A stretch of 57,131 bases of DNA, from the NCBI RefSeq assembly GCF_048593235.1, contig NC_133618.1, forward strand, positions 229,514,221 through 229,571,351. Direction: 5' to 3'. This stretch comes from Sminthopsis crassicaudata (Eukaryota). A program made the position numbers and the translations under genes. Shown here one piece after another: positions 1 through 12,289 of this stretch (position 1 is its first letter; each line of letters opens with the position of its first letter). The notes under the pieces are model-generated. The model did not search any database, was not told the origin of the DNA, and worked only from the letters and a program-made list of their open reading frames with translations.

Positions 1-9
1 TATAATAGA

Positions 10-152
10 CAACTAGCTGATACAGTGGATAGAGCCTGAGCCTTGAATCAGAATGATATTAATTCAAAGTTGGACTCAAATACTTCCTATCTTTGTGACT
101 TTGGACAAGTCACTTAACCTTTTACCTTGGTTCTACATCTGTTAAATGGAGA
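10..152 (+). mobile_element. MIR-type CORE-SINE
   Basis: tRNA-like head followed by core tgtgactttggacaagtcacttaacct...catctgttaaatgg. Confidence 0.7.
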
Positions 153-361
153 CATGCTGCCCAAGAAAAGGGCCAGTCATTGTATATCTTTGAAAAGAAA
201 ACTCCATGAATAAGGTCCATGGGGACATGTAAAGTCAGATATGACAAAATGATTTAACAACGAACATGATAGACACTGTGCTAAGGGCTGGGTATACAAA
301 AAAAAAAAAAAAAAATAGATCTTGCCCTGGAGACGCTTACATTCTAATGTCATATACTATA

Positions 362-520
362 TACACAGCTAGGTGGTGCAGTGGGTAGAGTGCCATTCCT
401 GGAGTCATCATCCTGAACTCAAGTATGGCCTCCTACACTAACTAGCTGTGTGACTCTGGATAAGTCTCTTAACTTAGGGGTTCATGAAGAGTCAGACAGG
501 ATAACTCAACAACAACAAAC
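362..520 (+). mobile_element. MAR1/MIR-type marsupial SINE (internally deleted)
   Basis: cagctaggtggtgcagtgggtagagtg head, core, and caacaacaacaaa tail. Confidence 0.65.
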
Positions 521-744
521 CCACTGGGGGGATTACCCTAGCCTAACCGGGCAAGACCAAGGAACTAAAACTAAAATCGGTGGTTCAGGACTAAGGTGAG
601 GATAAGGGGAAAAAAAAGAAGGGATAAGGAAAGAAGAAGAAAAAGATCTTTATTTAGTACATACTGCAGTGCTATATACAGTGAGATTCTTCCATTAATC
701 AGAGTTTGCTGATGATGGTGACACTCCAATCCTGGTGCCACCTG

Positions 745-930
745 GCCTATCTGAATGAAGAGAATGAGTGGCTAAGTGAATCCATCCTCTTAGAATCGCA
801 GAGAAAGGGCAGGAAGGAATGTGTCTGGAATCTCTCAGGGCCCTTATCTTGTTCTCTTGGCTGGTCAGGGACTTCCAAGTTTGGGACTCTCTTTTGTTTC
901 TTTCCTTATTTGGCCCTCCAGGTGATAAGA
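745..930 (+). promoter_or_regulatory. MYL7 proximal cardiac promoter (CArG box + GATA sites)
   Basis: CArG box CCTTATTTGG at 904-913; GATA motifs TGATAA 923-928, CTTATCT 843-849 and CTATCT near 748; all within 250 bp of the MYL7 ATG. Confidence 0.75.
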
Positions 931-993
931 TGAATGCATAAGGGAAGGATTAAGGACAGGCAGCAGCAGTTGGGACATCCAAGCAGCCAGGAG

Positions 994-996
994 ATG
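994..996 (+). CDS. MYL7: MYL7 exon 1 (ATG only)
   Basis: gagATG|gtgagt; an ATG-only first coding exon is typical of regulatory light chain genes. Confidence 0.85.
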
Positions 997-2614
997 GTGA
1001 GTCTGAGGGATGGGGGATAAGAGAAGGATGCAGGATGGAGAGAAGAGCAAAAGAGTAGCCTTCACTTTGGGAGAAATTTGGGTTCTCCAGCTTCAAACTC
1101 CAGCTTACCAGGTTAAGGGATAAAGGTGACTCCTAAAGCTTGAGACATTCAAATTTCATTACTTCTAGCTGTCTGGCAAGCAAAAGAGATGAGATGTCCT
1201 GCAGACAAAGATCATAGATGAGAGACTGATCAATTGGAAAGGACTTTAGAGAGCATCTAATTCAATCCCTTTGTTTTACATATAAAGAATCTGAGACTTA
1301 GAGAGATATTAAAGATATTTCCACAGTCACCTGGGCCCAAGCCCAAGAAAAATTATCTCCAGGGATGAAGAGGAAAAGGGATCCTTAAAACCAAAAAGAA
1401 TAAGGAGGGGAGTAAGGGATCTAGGGAATTGAAATTTCACAATGTTATCCATGGAACATCAGTGGGATTCCAGCTGCAGAGACCCCTATACATCTAATTC
1501 TCAGATAATGTGGGACAAAGGGGAGGGCAATTTGGACTCTAGGTTTCCCTGTTCCAAGATCTGGGGCAAAAGATTCCTCTGAAACAGATATTCTACAGGC
1601 CAGCAGGAAGGCAGGGACTCGGGGGAAGGTGGCAGCTGCCAAGCAAGCTCAACGGGGATCTTCGAATGTCTTCTCCATGTTTGAACAAGCACAGATCCAG
1701 GAATTTAAGGAGGTAAAAGTCTTGCCCACTCAATCCTCTAGAATGTCTATTTCCCTTTTTTCTTTCTTATTCTCCCATATTCTGTATATCTCCCTGAGAT
1801 AGATTGGTACCATGAATAGTACTGACTCTATAGTCAGAGGACATAGATTCAAATGCTACTTCTGATATTTAACACTTCTGTGACTTTGGATAAGAGACTT
1901 CATGCCTTCCCCACTTCAGTTTCCTCATCTTTAAAATGAGGAAGTTGGACTAGATGGTCTCTGAGATTCCTTCCAATTCTAGAGCCATGAGCCTATGATC
2001 TTTCCAAACTTCTTCCTCGCTCTTCTTCCTTATGTTAACTCTAAAGTTTAAATCAACTGAATGGTTTCTGGATGTCCTGCCAAACCATTCAATTCCTAAC
2101 AAGTTTGTCCCACTTGAAGTGTGACCTGCCCATCCCCTCACTCATCTATCTTCCCTTGGGCTATTTGGATCTCCCTTAGAGATCCAGTGAGTTTTGATCC
2201 TGATCCAGGAAATTTCTGTCTCACAGGCATTCAGTTGCATTGATCAGAATCGAGATGGCATCATCAGCAAATCAGACCTGAAAGAGACCTACTCTCAACT
2301 AGGTGAGTTAGCAGGCTTGTACCCTAATACTTTCTCAGTGAGGCAGAACTCACAGTAGTTCTCCTCCTCCCTGCCCCTCTCCCAAAGACAGTTCCCTCTT
2401 CTCATGTAGCTGACAAGGAGAAGTTAAGGATCATGGATTCGATCGATTTAGAGTTTAAAGGAACTTTAGAGGCTGTCAAGTGTGACCCCTTTATTTCACA
2501 GATGGAGAAACGAAGTTAGAATAGGCAAGTAAGTGACTTGCCCAGGATCATACAACTAGTAAGTATTTGAGGCAGTGTTTGAATCCAGGTATTTCAGACT
2601 CCAAATCCAGAATT

Positions 2615-2648
<34 letters not shown>

Positions 2649-3028
2649 ACTAAACGTGCTTCAGACTGGAGCTGAATGTAATCATCTCTCATAGAACCGA
2701 CTCTTCTTCCTCTTTTCACTTCTCCCTGCTATCCCTCCTCACTCTCAGCTCACATCTCTTATTCTTTTTTCACACCTTCCCACAAGCTTACACTTCCTCT
2801 CCCCTCTCCTCTTCTCACACCTTCTTCTAGTACTTTGCCAAAGCTTACCCTTTCCTATTATCTTCTCCTCTCTTCTTTCCCCTGCCCAATTTTACATTTC
2901 CCTCATAGCTCACAGCCTCCTTGACTTTCTCATTCTTCTCAGACCTTTCCCAAAGCTCCCTTCTCTTCTCTTTTAAATTTAAATTTGTTTTTAATCAATG
3001 AAATTAAACAAGCATTTTCATAACATAG

Positions 3029-3071
<43 letters not shown>

Positions 3072-6000
3072 GATTGCACAAGAATGGCACTTTCATTATG
3101 TACAAATTGCTTTTTCTTCGAATACACCACAAAGTTACCAAGTGAATTTTATTTCTTTTTTTCCCCTCTTCCTCCATATCCCTGGTTCAGAGATGGCTAC
3201 CAGTAGATACAAATATGTAAACAAATGTTAAATTATTTTACATATATTTCTGTTTATCAGTTCTTTTTCTTACTGCAGATAGCACCTTTCTTCATATGTC
3301 CTTAATATTTAATTCAGGTATTTATGACTATCAAAATAACTTAGTCTCTTTTTTTTTTATTTTATTTTTTCCCTGAGGCTGGGGTTAAGTGACTTGTCCA
3401 GGGTCACACAGCTAGGAAGTGTTAAGTGTCTGAGACCAGATTTGAACTTGGGTTCTCCTGAATTCAAGGCAGCCACCTAGCTGCCCCACTTAGTCTCTTT
3501 TAAAACAATATTGCTGTTATTATACACAGTAGGTATTTTTGCTTTTCATTGTTTTGTGCAAATCTTTGCATGTTTTTTAAAGATCATTTCTTATAGCACA
3601 GTAGTAATCCATCACAATCACATACTACAACTTGTTCAGTTGAGTCTCAATTGATGGGCATCCTGCAATTTTCAATTCTTTGTCACTACAAAGAAAAACA
3701 TTTTAGATCACATGGGTCCTTTACCTTTTTCCCTAATCATTTTTGCAAATAGACTTAGTAGTGATATTGCTGAGTCAAAGATAATTTAATAACTCTTTTT
3801 TTTCCCCTCCTTTCTATTCTTTCCCATTTTCTTCCCCTTCTCACTTCCAAAGCATTTCTTTTCCTCAATTACCACAGGCAATGGAATACTAGATATGCCT
3901 GGAGGTTTGAGGGAAAGGGGGAATGTCAGTCCTCCTCTCATCCCCTGTCCATGCCCTCTTTCAGGAAGAGCAAATGTGCCTGAAGAAGAGTTGGATGAGA
4001 TGCTACAGGAAGGCAAGGGCCCGATCAACTTCACAGTGTTTCTCACACTTTTTGGGGAGAAGCTCAATGGTGAGAATTGGGGGAAGGGAGGAGGGATCAC
4101 TTACTCTTTCCTTTATGTATTCTCCCAATACTGTACAATCTGTTATAATACCTTCCACATCCAATGTCTAAGTCCTGAGGCCCTGAATCATGGAAGGCTA
4201 TGGACTCTGTGGCCAACATAATCCAAGATACCTCCTTCCATACACAGGTTGGATCATAAGACCATGGGCTTAAAACTACAAGGATCTGTAGAGATTTGGT
4301 CCAGTCTTACCCCAAGATCCATTATTTCAGGAGAGTCCATGAACTTGATTGGAAAAAAAAATACATCTTTATTTTCTATAACCTCTAACTGAAATTTAGC
4401 ATTTTCTTCAATCATGGATGTAGACCACAAATTGATAGCTTGAAAAAGAGTCCATAGATTATCAAAGAGGTCCATAACAGAAAGCCCTTTCATTCTGTGA
4501 ATGAGGAAATTGAGCTAAGTAAAGGACTACAAAGCTAGTATCTGAGATAGGATATGAACCCAGGTCTCCTTGATTCTGAGTTTCCTAACCACTCTACCAT
4601 GATAACTCTAACTTGGTCTAAACTGGGGATCATCCCTCAATAGCCAAATGTATTCTGGGGCCATGGTCAGGTCCTGGGAATTTTGAATCTAATTAGAATC
4701 CTGATCCATCCTGGAACTGTCCTTGGGCTGTATTGGGTCTACCCTGAGGTGGAAATCACCACAGACATTCTCCAAGGTCCCTTCCAGCACTGATATACAA
4801 TAATGGAGGTGGAATGGGGGGGGGGGGATAAATGGTCCTAAATCGCTTAGTAAATGTCCTTTCTGGTTCAAAATCTCAGATTTATAATCTCTTTCTGGAT
4901 GAAGGAGGGAGCATGGGGGATGTATTTATGAGGCCGGAGTTGATACTGTCTGCTTTTGCTTAGGCACTGACCCTGAAGAATCCATCCTCAGCGCCTTCCG
5001 CATGTTTGACCCCAGTGGCAGTGGGGTTGTCAACAAAGAAGAGTGAGTATGAGCAAGGACTAAGTGGGACAGGGATATGGAAGCCAGAGGAAGATCTGGT
5101 GGCCCCCATTCTTGCCCTTAGCAAAAAATGAGGGCAAATGTTTGTTTGTAGCAGCTCTTGTTCTCTACTACCCACAATGTGTCTCCCAGGGCCAGAAGTT
5201 CTTAGTGCCCTTGTGCTTATTCCCAACTCCATCCCCCTCCCAAGCCAGCCTTCCCCACCAATAAAACACACGAATATTCTGGGTAGAACTTTTTCTCTCA
5301 GGAACAGAGAATCATGGAATTCAAGAACTGGAAAAGATCTCAACAGCCATTTAGTCCAACTTTTCCACAAAAGGAATTCCCACTGTAGCATATTAAATAA
5401 AGTGGTTGATCATGCAGCCTCTGATTAAAGACCTACAAGGTAGGGAAACCCATTACTTCCTAAGGCACTTCTGGACAGTTCTAATTGAAGTTTGCCCTGA
5501 CCTCAAGCCTAAATTTACCTCTTTACAAATTTCAAACATTGCTGCTGGTTCTGGTCCTCTGGAGGGACAACTGGAACAAGTCTCTTATCTATGATAATGA
5601 TAAATGATAAATACCTTAAGCACCTACCCTAGGATTTATTAGTCAATTGTTTCAATTGTGTCCAGCTCTTTATAACCCCATTTGGAGTTTTCTTGGTAAA
5701 GATATTGGAGTGGTTTCCCATTTCCTTCTCCAAGGTATTTTAGAGAGGAAACTGAGGGAAACAAAGTTAAGTGATTTACTAGGGTCACACAGTAAGTATC
5801 TGAGATTTTAATTCATGAAGATTGCTTCTACTCAGTCCTATGAGCTTAGCATCCAATGACTGACCCCTTGGGAAGACCCTTCCCTCATCAGAATCCCTCA
5901 TCCAATTCTTCCACTTACTAGCAAGATGGCCTCAGACTAGTTGGTCATTGAGCCTCTCTGAATCTCAGTTTTTCATCTGCAAAATGAGGGAACTAAATTA

Positions 6001-6673
6001 GATGACCTATCAGGTCTCTTCTAATTTCGCGATTCTGTAATATTTTCTTCCTGATTTGCTTCTTTTTTTAATGGGGTTATTGTAGCTTACCATTGTTAAC
6101 TGTTGCCTTTTTCTAACCTGCTCACCCCTTCCAGGTTTAAGCAGCTCCTTCTGACCCAGGCAGACAAGTTCTCTCCAGCTGAGGTAAGTAAGAGCCATCT
6201 CTATATTAGGGCATCCCTAAATTTAGGTCTCATACAGAGTCCTATCTACAGTGCCATCCTGGAAAACAGAAAATAAACTGAATAGTTCTGGATTTGGCAA
6301 TCAAAAGCATGCAGTATCCCAAACTCTATTGTAGTAGCAATAATCTTTTCTCATATCAGTATCTAGAGATGGGGGAAAAGTAAACCGAGTCACAAGGTTT
6401 CTGTCCAAATCATAGAGAAATGCACAAATTGGTCTAACCCTCTTTAGGCACTAAATGTCCCCCAGGCTGGGAAGCATGAATGTTGTAATTGTGGGCAGGA
6501 TGGGTTTGAAACCCCTCCCTCCATGCATTCCTATTTCCAGTGTCCACTGATCAGCATCTTTCCTATCACAGGTGGAGCAAATGTTTTCATTGACGCCTAT
6601 GGACCTGTCAGGAAACATCGACTACAAATCTCTATGCTACATCATCACCCATGGGGATGAGAAGGAAGAGTAA
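994..6673 (+). CDS. MYL7: Myosin regulatory light chain 2, atrial isoform (MLC2a), spliced CDS, 175 aa
   Basis: join(994..996,1599..1712,2227..2302,3965..4069,4964..5042,6135..6183,6572..6673) = 528 nt, all GT-AG. Translates [50 protein letters not shown]...[11 protein letters not shown], near-identical to mammalian MYL7, with EF-hand DQNRDG. Confidence 0.97.
1599..1712 (+). CDS. MYL7: MYL7 exon 2
   Basis: ctacag|GCCAGC...AAGGAG|gtaaaa; ASRKAG...QEFKE. Confidence 0.96.
2227..2302 (+). CDS. MYL7: MYL7 exon 3
   Basis: tcacag|GCATTC...AACTAG|gtgagt; [26 protein letters not shown]. Confidence 0.97.
3029..3068. repeat. (TAA)n microsatellite
   Basis: About 13 tandem units. Confidence 0.95.
3349..3487 (-). 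mobile_element. WSINE1-type SINE with 13-bp TSD
   Basis: ccctgaggctggggttaagtgac...cacctagctgcccc; TSD acttagtctcttt at 3339-3351 and 3488-3500. Confidence 0.88.
3965..4069 (+). CDS. MYL7: MYL7 exon 4
   Basis: tttcag|GAAGAG...CAATG|gtgaga; [34 protein letters not shown]. Confidence 0.97.
4310..4480. mobile_element. Possible hAT-type MITE remnant
   Basis: gagtccatgaactt...gagtccataga...gaggtccataac resembles marsupial hAT MITEs; termini not resolved. Confidence 0.35.
4964..5042 (+). CDS. MYL7: MYL7 exon 5
   Basis: gcttag|GCACTG...GAAGA|gtgagt; [26 protein letters not shown]. Confidence 0.97.
5285..5600 (-). mobile_element. CR1/L3 LINE 3' fragment
   Basis: Reverse complement of the CR1 3' end (agaatcatggaatt...tagtccaac...cagcctctg...cacttctggacagttctaatt). 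Confidence 0.7.
5635..5820 (-). mobile_element. MAR1-type SINE
   Basis: ccccatttggagttttcttggtaaagatattggagtggtttcccatttccttctcc...gaggaaactgagg. Confidence 0.75.
6135..6183 (+). CDS. MYL7: MYL7 exon 6
   Basis: ttccag|GTTTAAG...GCTGAG|gtaagt; [16 protein letters not shown]. Confidence 0.97.
6572..6673 (+). CDS. MYL7: MYL7 exon 7 (last coding)
   Basis: tcacag|GTGGAG...GAGTAA; [33 protein letters not shown]. Confidence 0.97.
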   Translation: MEQMFSLTPMDLSGNIDYKSLCYIITHGDEKEE

Positions 6674-6696
6674 AAGGATGAACAGCAGAGAGGCTC

Positions 6697-6702
6697 AATA
6701 AA
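6697..6702 (+). terminator. MYL7 polyadenylation signal
   Basis: AATAAA 23 nt after the stop codon. Confidence 0.8.
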
Positions 6703-7016
6703 ACACAGATGCTAAGATCTAGTGCAAAGTATTTTTTGTGTTTGGGAGAAGTGTTGTGGGAAGCTATTAGAGGGAAAGATGGAGGAAATGTAGAGTAATG
6801 GAAAAAGTCATATGAATCAAGAGATGGAAGAATGGATTCAGATCAATATTCTATCATTTCCTCAGTTTTCTTATCCGTAAAATGGGGAGAACAAAACAAC
6901 AGTATTATTAATACTTATTAATACTGTTAATTGTGAAGACTTATTCAAATACCTATAAGAATCAAACAAGTTCACATGAGTGAAAATGATTTGAAAAATG
7001 TAAAGCACTATCTATA

Positions 7017-7945
7017 CTCATATGGAAAAAATGCTCTAACTAAATAAAATAACTAAATAAATGCAAATTAAAACAACTCTGAGGTATCAAAACATATCTA
7101 TCAGATTGGTTAATATAACCAAAAAGAAAAATGATGAATGCTGGAGAGAATATAGGAAAATTGGGATACTAATGAAATGTTGGTAGAATTGTGGATTGAT
7201 CCAACCATTCTGGAAAATAATTTGGAATTATGCCCAAAGAGCTATAAAACTGCATAGCTTTGGATTCAGCAATGCCATTAGTAAGTCTTTATCTCAAAAA
7301 GATCATAAAAAGGGGGAAAGGACTTACATATGCAAAAATATTTAGAGCAGCACTTTCTATGCTGGCAAGGAATTGGAAATTGAGAGAATGCCCATCAATT
7401 GGGAGAATGGCTGAACAAGTTGTAGTATACGAATATAATGGAAAACTACTGTGACTATAAAAAATGATGAGCAGGCAGATTTCAGAAAAATCTGAGGCTG
7501 AGTGAAGTAAACAGAACCAAAACATTGTACACAGTAAAAACAACATTGTATGATGATCAACTATGATTGACTTAGTTCTTTTCAGCAATAAAATGATCTA
7601 AGACAATTCTAAAAGACTTATGATGGGAAATGCTATTCATACCCACAAGGGGGAAAAACACTGATGGTATCTGAATACAGACCAAAACATACTGTTTTCA
7701 TTTTTTTTGTGTTTTTTTCCTTTTGCAAATTAATTTCCTTTTGCCAACTGTTTCTTCTTTCACAATATGACTAATACGGAAACATGTGCATATATATAAT
7801 CTATATCAAATTACTTACTGTCTTAGGGAGGGGGGAAAGGAAGAAGGAAGAAAATTTGGAACTCCCAGTTGTTTTAAATGAATGTTAAAATTATTTTTAC
7901 ATATAATTGGAAAAAAATACTGTTTTTAAAAAAAGAAAGAAAAAT
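7017..7945 (+). mobile_element. L1 3' fragment (end of ORF2 + 3' UTR)
   Basis: atgcaaattaaaacaactctgaggta; ORF 7260-7454 resembles the L1 ORF2 C-terminus (IFRAALSMLARNWKLRECPSIG); G-rich 3' UTR and A-rich tail. Confidence 0.85.
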
Positions 7946-8261
7946 GTAAATCACCAAAGAAATGTAAAGGTTAACCTTTGAGTGAATTGGATTTAAGAGC
8001 TGCACAAAGTTATTAGTCTCACTCTCTCTTCCGGAGAAATTGAAAACCAGTAGCAAAATTAAAGTAGGCCCTATAGAAATGCTTATTCCCTTTCCCATTG
8101 GTTGTGATGTTACTGTGGATTATTGTTACTATGGGTAACAGAGTCTTCAGCTCTTACACAAGGCTCATATTGTCACAAATTCATGTTAGGTAGAGAACAA
8201 TCTTTATTTCTTCCCACAGAAAATACAAAAAGTACAAATGACTCAAAGGAGTCCATAAAAT

Positions 8262-8283
8262 CACACACACACACACACACACA
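8262..8283. repeat. (CA)n microsatellite
   Basis: Tandem CA units. Confidence 0.9.
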
Positions 8284-8929
8284 AATTTACAATAGACTAT
8301 AAGCTCCCCTCCAAAGAGAACTATACTGAAATTTGTCAGTGGGGCAACAGGGAGATTTCAGAGAATACTTAGCTCTGTACCATAGGATCCTACTTAATCT
8401 TTCCTCAGTTCCTTGTCCTGCCCTGCGAGTTGATTGTGCCTCCCTATTCGCTTCAACCCTCCCCAAACAAATATACTTTGTGAGAATCAAGTTAAGTAAA
8501 ACCCATCTTTTCACACATGGATTCATTTGGTTATCATAAGCTCATGGTGAAACAAGCAGGATCCAAATAACTTAGTGTAATGAAGGTGGGGAGGAGGGAG
8601 CGGTTCCAGGTTTTTACTTCCTCTTATCATGATCCCTGATACTTTCTAGGTTTACATGATATATCCCTGGATATATAGAAAGAAAGGGTTAGAAAACTGA
8701 TGGGAGCTACTTTGGAATTCAGAGACTCTAGCTAGTATAACAACTCAATAAAATCTCTTGTTTCCTTCTCAATGAAGCCCTAATACCTGTAAGCACTCCC
8801 ATTCTCTCTCTTGTGTACTAAATGTGTTTCTGAAATCCTGGGTATAAATCAATTTTTTGTCAACTGAATTATATTCAAAAGTGAAAAGTTATATAACAGA
8901 TATTTACAAACAAATTTATTTTTAATGGT

Positions 8930-9280
8930 AGTTTTTTTTTTAATTTTCAAAATACATGCAAAGATAGTTTTTAACATTCTTGCAACTTGGAAAACCTTGT
9001 GTTCCAAATTTTTCTCCCTCTCTCCTCCCCATCTCCCTGCCCTAAACAGCAAGTAATCCAATATATGTTAAACATGTGCAATTCTTCTACACATATTTCC
9101 ACATTTATCATGCTGTACAAGAAAAGTAAATCAAAAAGAAAAAAAATGAAGAAGAAAACAAAAAAAGCAAACAATAACAATAAAGGTGAAAATACTATGT
9201 TGTGATCCACATTCAGTCCCTATAATCCTCTCTCTGGGTGCAGATGGCTCCCTCCATCACAAGACCATTGGAACTGGTCT
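8930..9280 (-). mobile_element. L1 3' UTR fragment
   Basis: Poly-T followed by reverse-complement dasyurid-type L1 3' UTR (ccttgtgttccaaatttttctccctct...ctgggtgcagatggc). Confidence 0.8.
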
Positions 9281-9281
9281 G

Positions 9282-9283
<2 letters not shown>

Positions 9284-9344
<61 letters not shown>

Positions 9345-9385
9345 ATGGGGCAGAGGGAGAAAGGGAGAAAGGAATAGAGACAGAG

Positions 9386-9432
<47 letters not shown>
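9284..9432. repeat. Adjacent (GA)n and (GT)n microsatellites
   Basis: (GA) about 24 units at 9284-9332; (GT) about 23 units at 9386-9432. Confidence 0.95.
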
Positions 9433-9435
<3 letters not shown>

Positions 9436-9559
9436 GACTGGATCTGAGGAGCAGCACTAAGAAATAGATGAATCTTTGAATTCAAGGGCCAATTGTCCTA
9501 GACGTCCTCAGGACAAAGAAAGAGACCCTAAAGCTCCTATTTTCATTATAAATTGCATT

Positions 9560-10200
9560 GTAGATAATGATTAACCATACCCCAAACAGAATTCATTCTT
9601 TTGCTGTGAAACTCTCTCCTGTTTTTATTTCTCTTACTGTTAAGGACATCATTCTTCCAGTCACCTCCAATGTCCTCTTTAGTTTCTCATTCTCTGCACC
9701 CAGAGATATAATCCATCACCACTTTCATTTCCACCTTCACAATATCTCTACATGTCCTTCTCTTCACTCACATACACTCTATCCCAGTTCAAGCTCTCAT
9801 CAGCTCTCACCTGCACTATTTTAGTGCTTTCTATCTAGCCTCCCTATCTTGGCTCCACCACTGTAATCCAGCCTTCTCTTAGTGGTCAAGGTCCTATGCT
9901 CTGATTAGGTCCCACACCGCCACTACTCAGTAAGCCCCAGTGCTTCCTAATTATTTCCAGTATTAAATTTCTTTGCTTGGCATTTAACTTCATAACTTAG
10001 TTCTCTTTCCAACTTTCTTATACTTTACTCTGGTCCATAAACCCTATGATCCCATTACACTGGCCTCTTTGCTGCTCCTCAGACATGACTTTCATGTTCC
10101 CATCTTTCATCTCCATGCCTTTATACTGACTGCCACCCCCATGTCTAGAATGCCTTGCCTCTCATCTTTGTATTTTAGTTTCTCTAGGTTTCTTCAAGTG
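9560..10200 (+). mobile_element. L2 LINE fragment
   Basis: Pyrimidine-rich L2 3' region motifs (cttccagtcacc, ccaccttcacaatatctc, cacactggcctctttgctgctcctc). Confidence 0.65.
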
Positions 10201-11549
10201 TGAGTGCACACACACATATATGTGCATATGTGTAAATGTACACACAGAAGCACAATACTACACATATGTACATACATGTCTTTCAGACACACATATATAG
10301 CACATGTTTTTCCTTTCCTATCATGTTGCCTCTCAAGGGTAACATTTGTAATGTGCTCCAAAGTTTAAATGCAATTTCATGTCCTTTATCTGATTTGATT
10401 CTCATTCATAAGTGACTGACTTGCATCGGTAGAGGAAATTTCTTTATATCAATGAAATTACAAGTCCTTTATAAATTTGCCTATTGGGATGCAGCCAGTA
10501 GGTAAGGTAAGGAAACTCCTTTCACTGATGAACTTAAGGAACTAATGGTCTTTGTATACGATTATTTATAGAACTTCAAGTCTTAAAGAATCAAGAGGCC
10601 CTGGGCAGAGCAGCACCTGAGTTCCATATGCTTTGCAGGGACCTTTGAAAGAATCCTAAAAGACAGAAGTGAAGAGGGAGAGCATCCTTGGCATGTGAAG
10701 TAACCTTGGAGTCACCTTCAATTCTTCATTCTCCCTCACCCCCTATAGCCAGTTTATCAAAACTAAGAGAAACTGAAGCAGTTAATGACTTTATTAATCA
10801 TCTTGATTTGCTTGAACTCCCTCTCTATTCAGATGAGACCATATTAACTTGGGAATCAGATCAGTTAGTCAGGAGACAGACTGAGCATCCCTGGAATCTG
10901 ACATATCAACACTCACTTCTCTGCAATGTTGAATGAACCCCAAATCCTCCTGCTGCATCAGCAACCACAAGACTGTATTAAGCACAGATATCCTGAGACA
11001 GAGGCACTTCCTTGCTTTATATAAGGTTTTATAATCCCTCTCTTCTAACCCTTTCCAAGCTCAGTTCAATCTACAGCTCTGCATGCATGCTGACAGTTTG
11101 AAAGTAAAAAGCATTGCTTATAACCTAATTGTATGTGTCTTTCTTGGGGCAAAATCTGGGGCTGATAATGCAAACTCCCCAGTCTGGAAGTTAAAATCTT
11201 GCACAAAGAGTCTCCTGGCTACTTTTCCAATCTCATTTCATGTTGCTTGTATTCCTTTCCATGGATTCTGATTCCAGTTAAATTTTTCTCTTAGTCTTAT
11301 TACTACACCTCCTGCCTCCATGAATTTACAGTTGTTCCCCATGGCTAGAAAACCTCCCCTCTTAATCCCTTCCTGTCAGAATTTTTATTTTTCTTAGGAC
11401 TTGACTCAACTGGCTATTTTTTCCACCAAGCCATTCCTGATCACTTCAGTTATTCATTGTTAGAACTTTCTCTACTTTTACTTTTCCTATATTAATCTTA
11501 TCTCCCTAGTAAAGTGAAATATATTCTTTGAGGACAAAGATTTTTTTAA

Positions 11550-11990
11550 AAAATCTTTTTATTCATATCTCTTGTTTTTACATCACCTTCATTTTTTAAT
11601 ACATCCCTCCCCACATTCCTATTGAGAGCTTCCCTATGTAATTAAAATTTGAAAACAAAGAACAGCAAATCAGCAAAATTATCCAACCTATCAGTCAAAT
11701 TTAACATTTTATGTAACATTTCACATTTGATATTTCTTACCTTTGCAAAGAAAGAGGCATATTTTATCAGTTCATTGATCATTATAATAATAGACAACTC
11801 AGTGAAAAAATTATTTGAGTACAAAGACCATTTCATGTTTGCTTTGATATCTCCAGAAACCAACATAATACTTGATATATGGTAAATGCTTAAAATGCCT
11901 GTTGAGTTATTAAATTTTATTCTGTTGTACTTTTCCTTTATATCATTGTAGTCATCACATATGTTGTTTTCTTGGTTGCTACTTAACTCT
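11550..11990 (-). mobile_element. Old marsupial L1 3' fragment
   Basis: ttttacatcaccttcattttt...catccctcccc...atcattgtagtcat...ctctgcatcagt. Confidence 0.55.
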
Positions 11991-12289
11991 GCATCAGTAT
12001 ATTAAAGTTTCCATCAAGACCCTTCACTCAGGACCTTCTCTCTCTCCTCCCTCTTTTCAGCTTATTTTTATGAGTTGTCTTTCCCATTAATGCAAGCTCC
12101 TTGAGAGCAAGGGCTGTCTTTCTTTTTGCTTATATTTTATAATTCTGGTGAGTAGCACTATACTTGGCCAGTGGTAAAAGCCAATAAATGGTTGTTGACT
12201 TTATGAAGACAAGAAATGCTTCTTTTTATTCCTCATATTCATAGATTCTTAAAGTTCATTTTTTTTTATATTCAGCATTACATCTCACC

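Larger units (their letters stand above)
2975..3790 (-). mobile_element. Old L1 3' fragment in MYL7 intron 3
   Basis: Reverse-complement L1 3' UTR/ORF2-end motifs (caattgatgggcatcc, catgggtcct, agtagtgatattgctgagtcaaag); interrupted by (TAA)n and a SINE. Confidence 0.65.
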
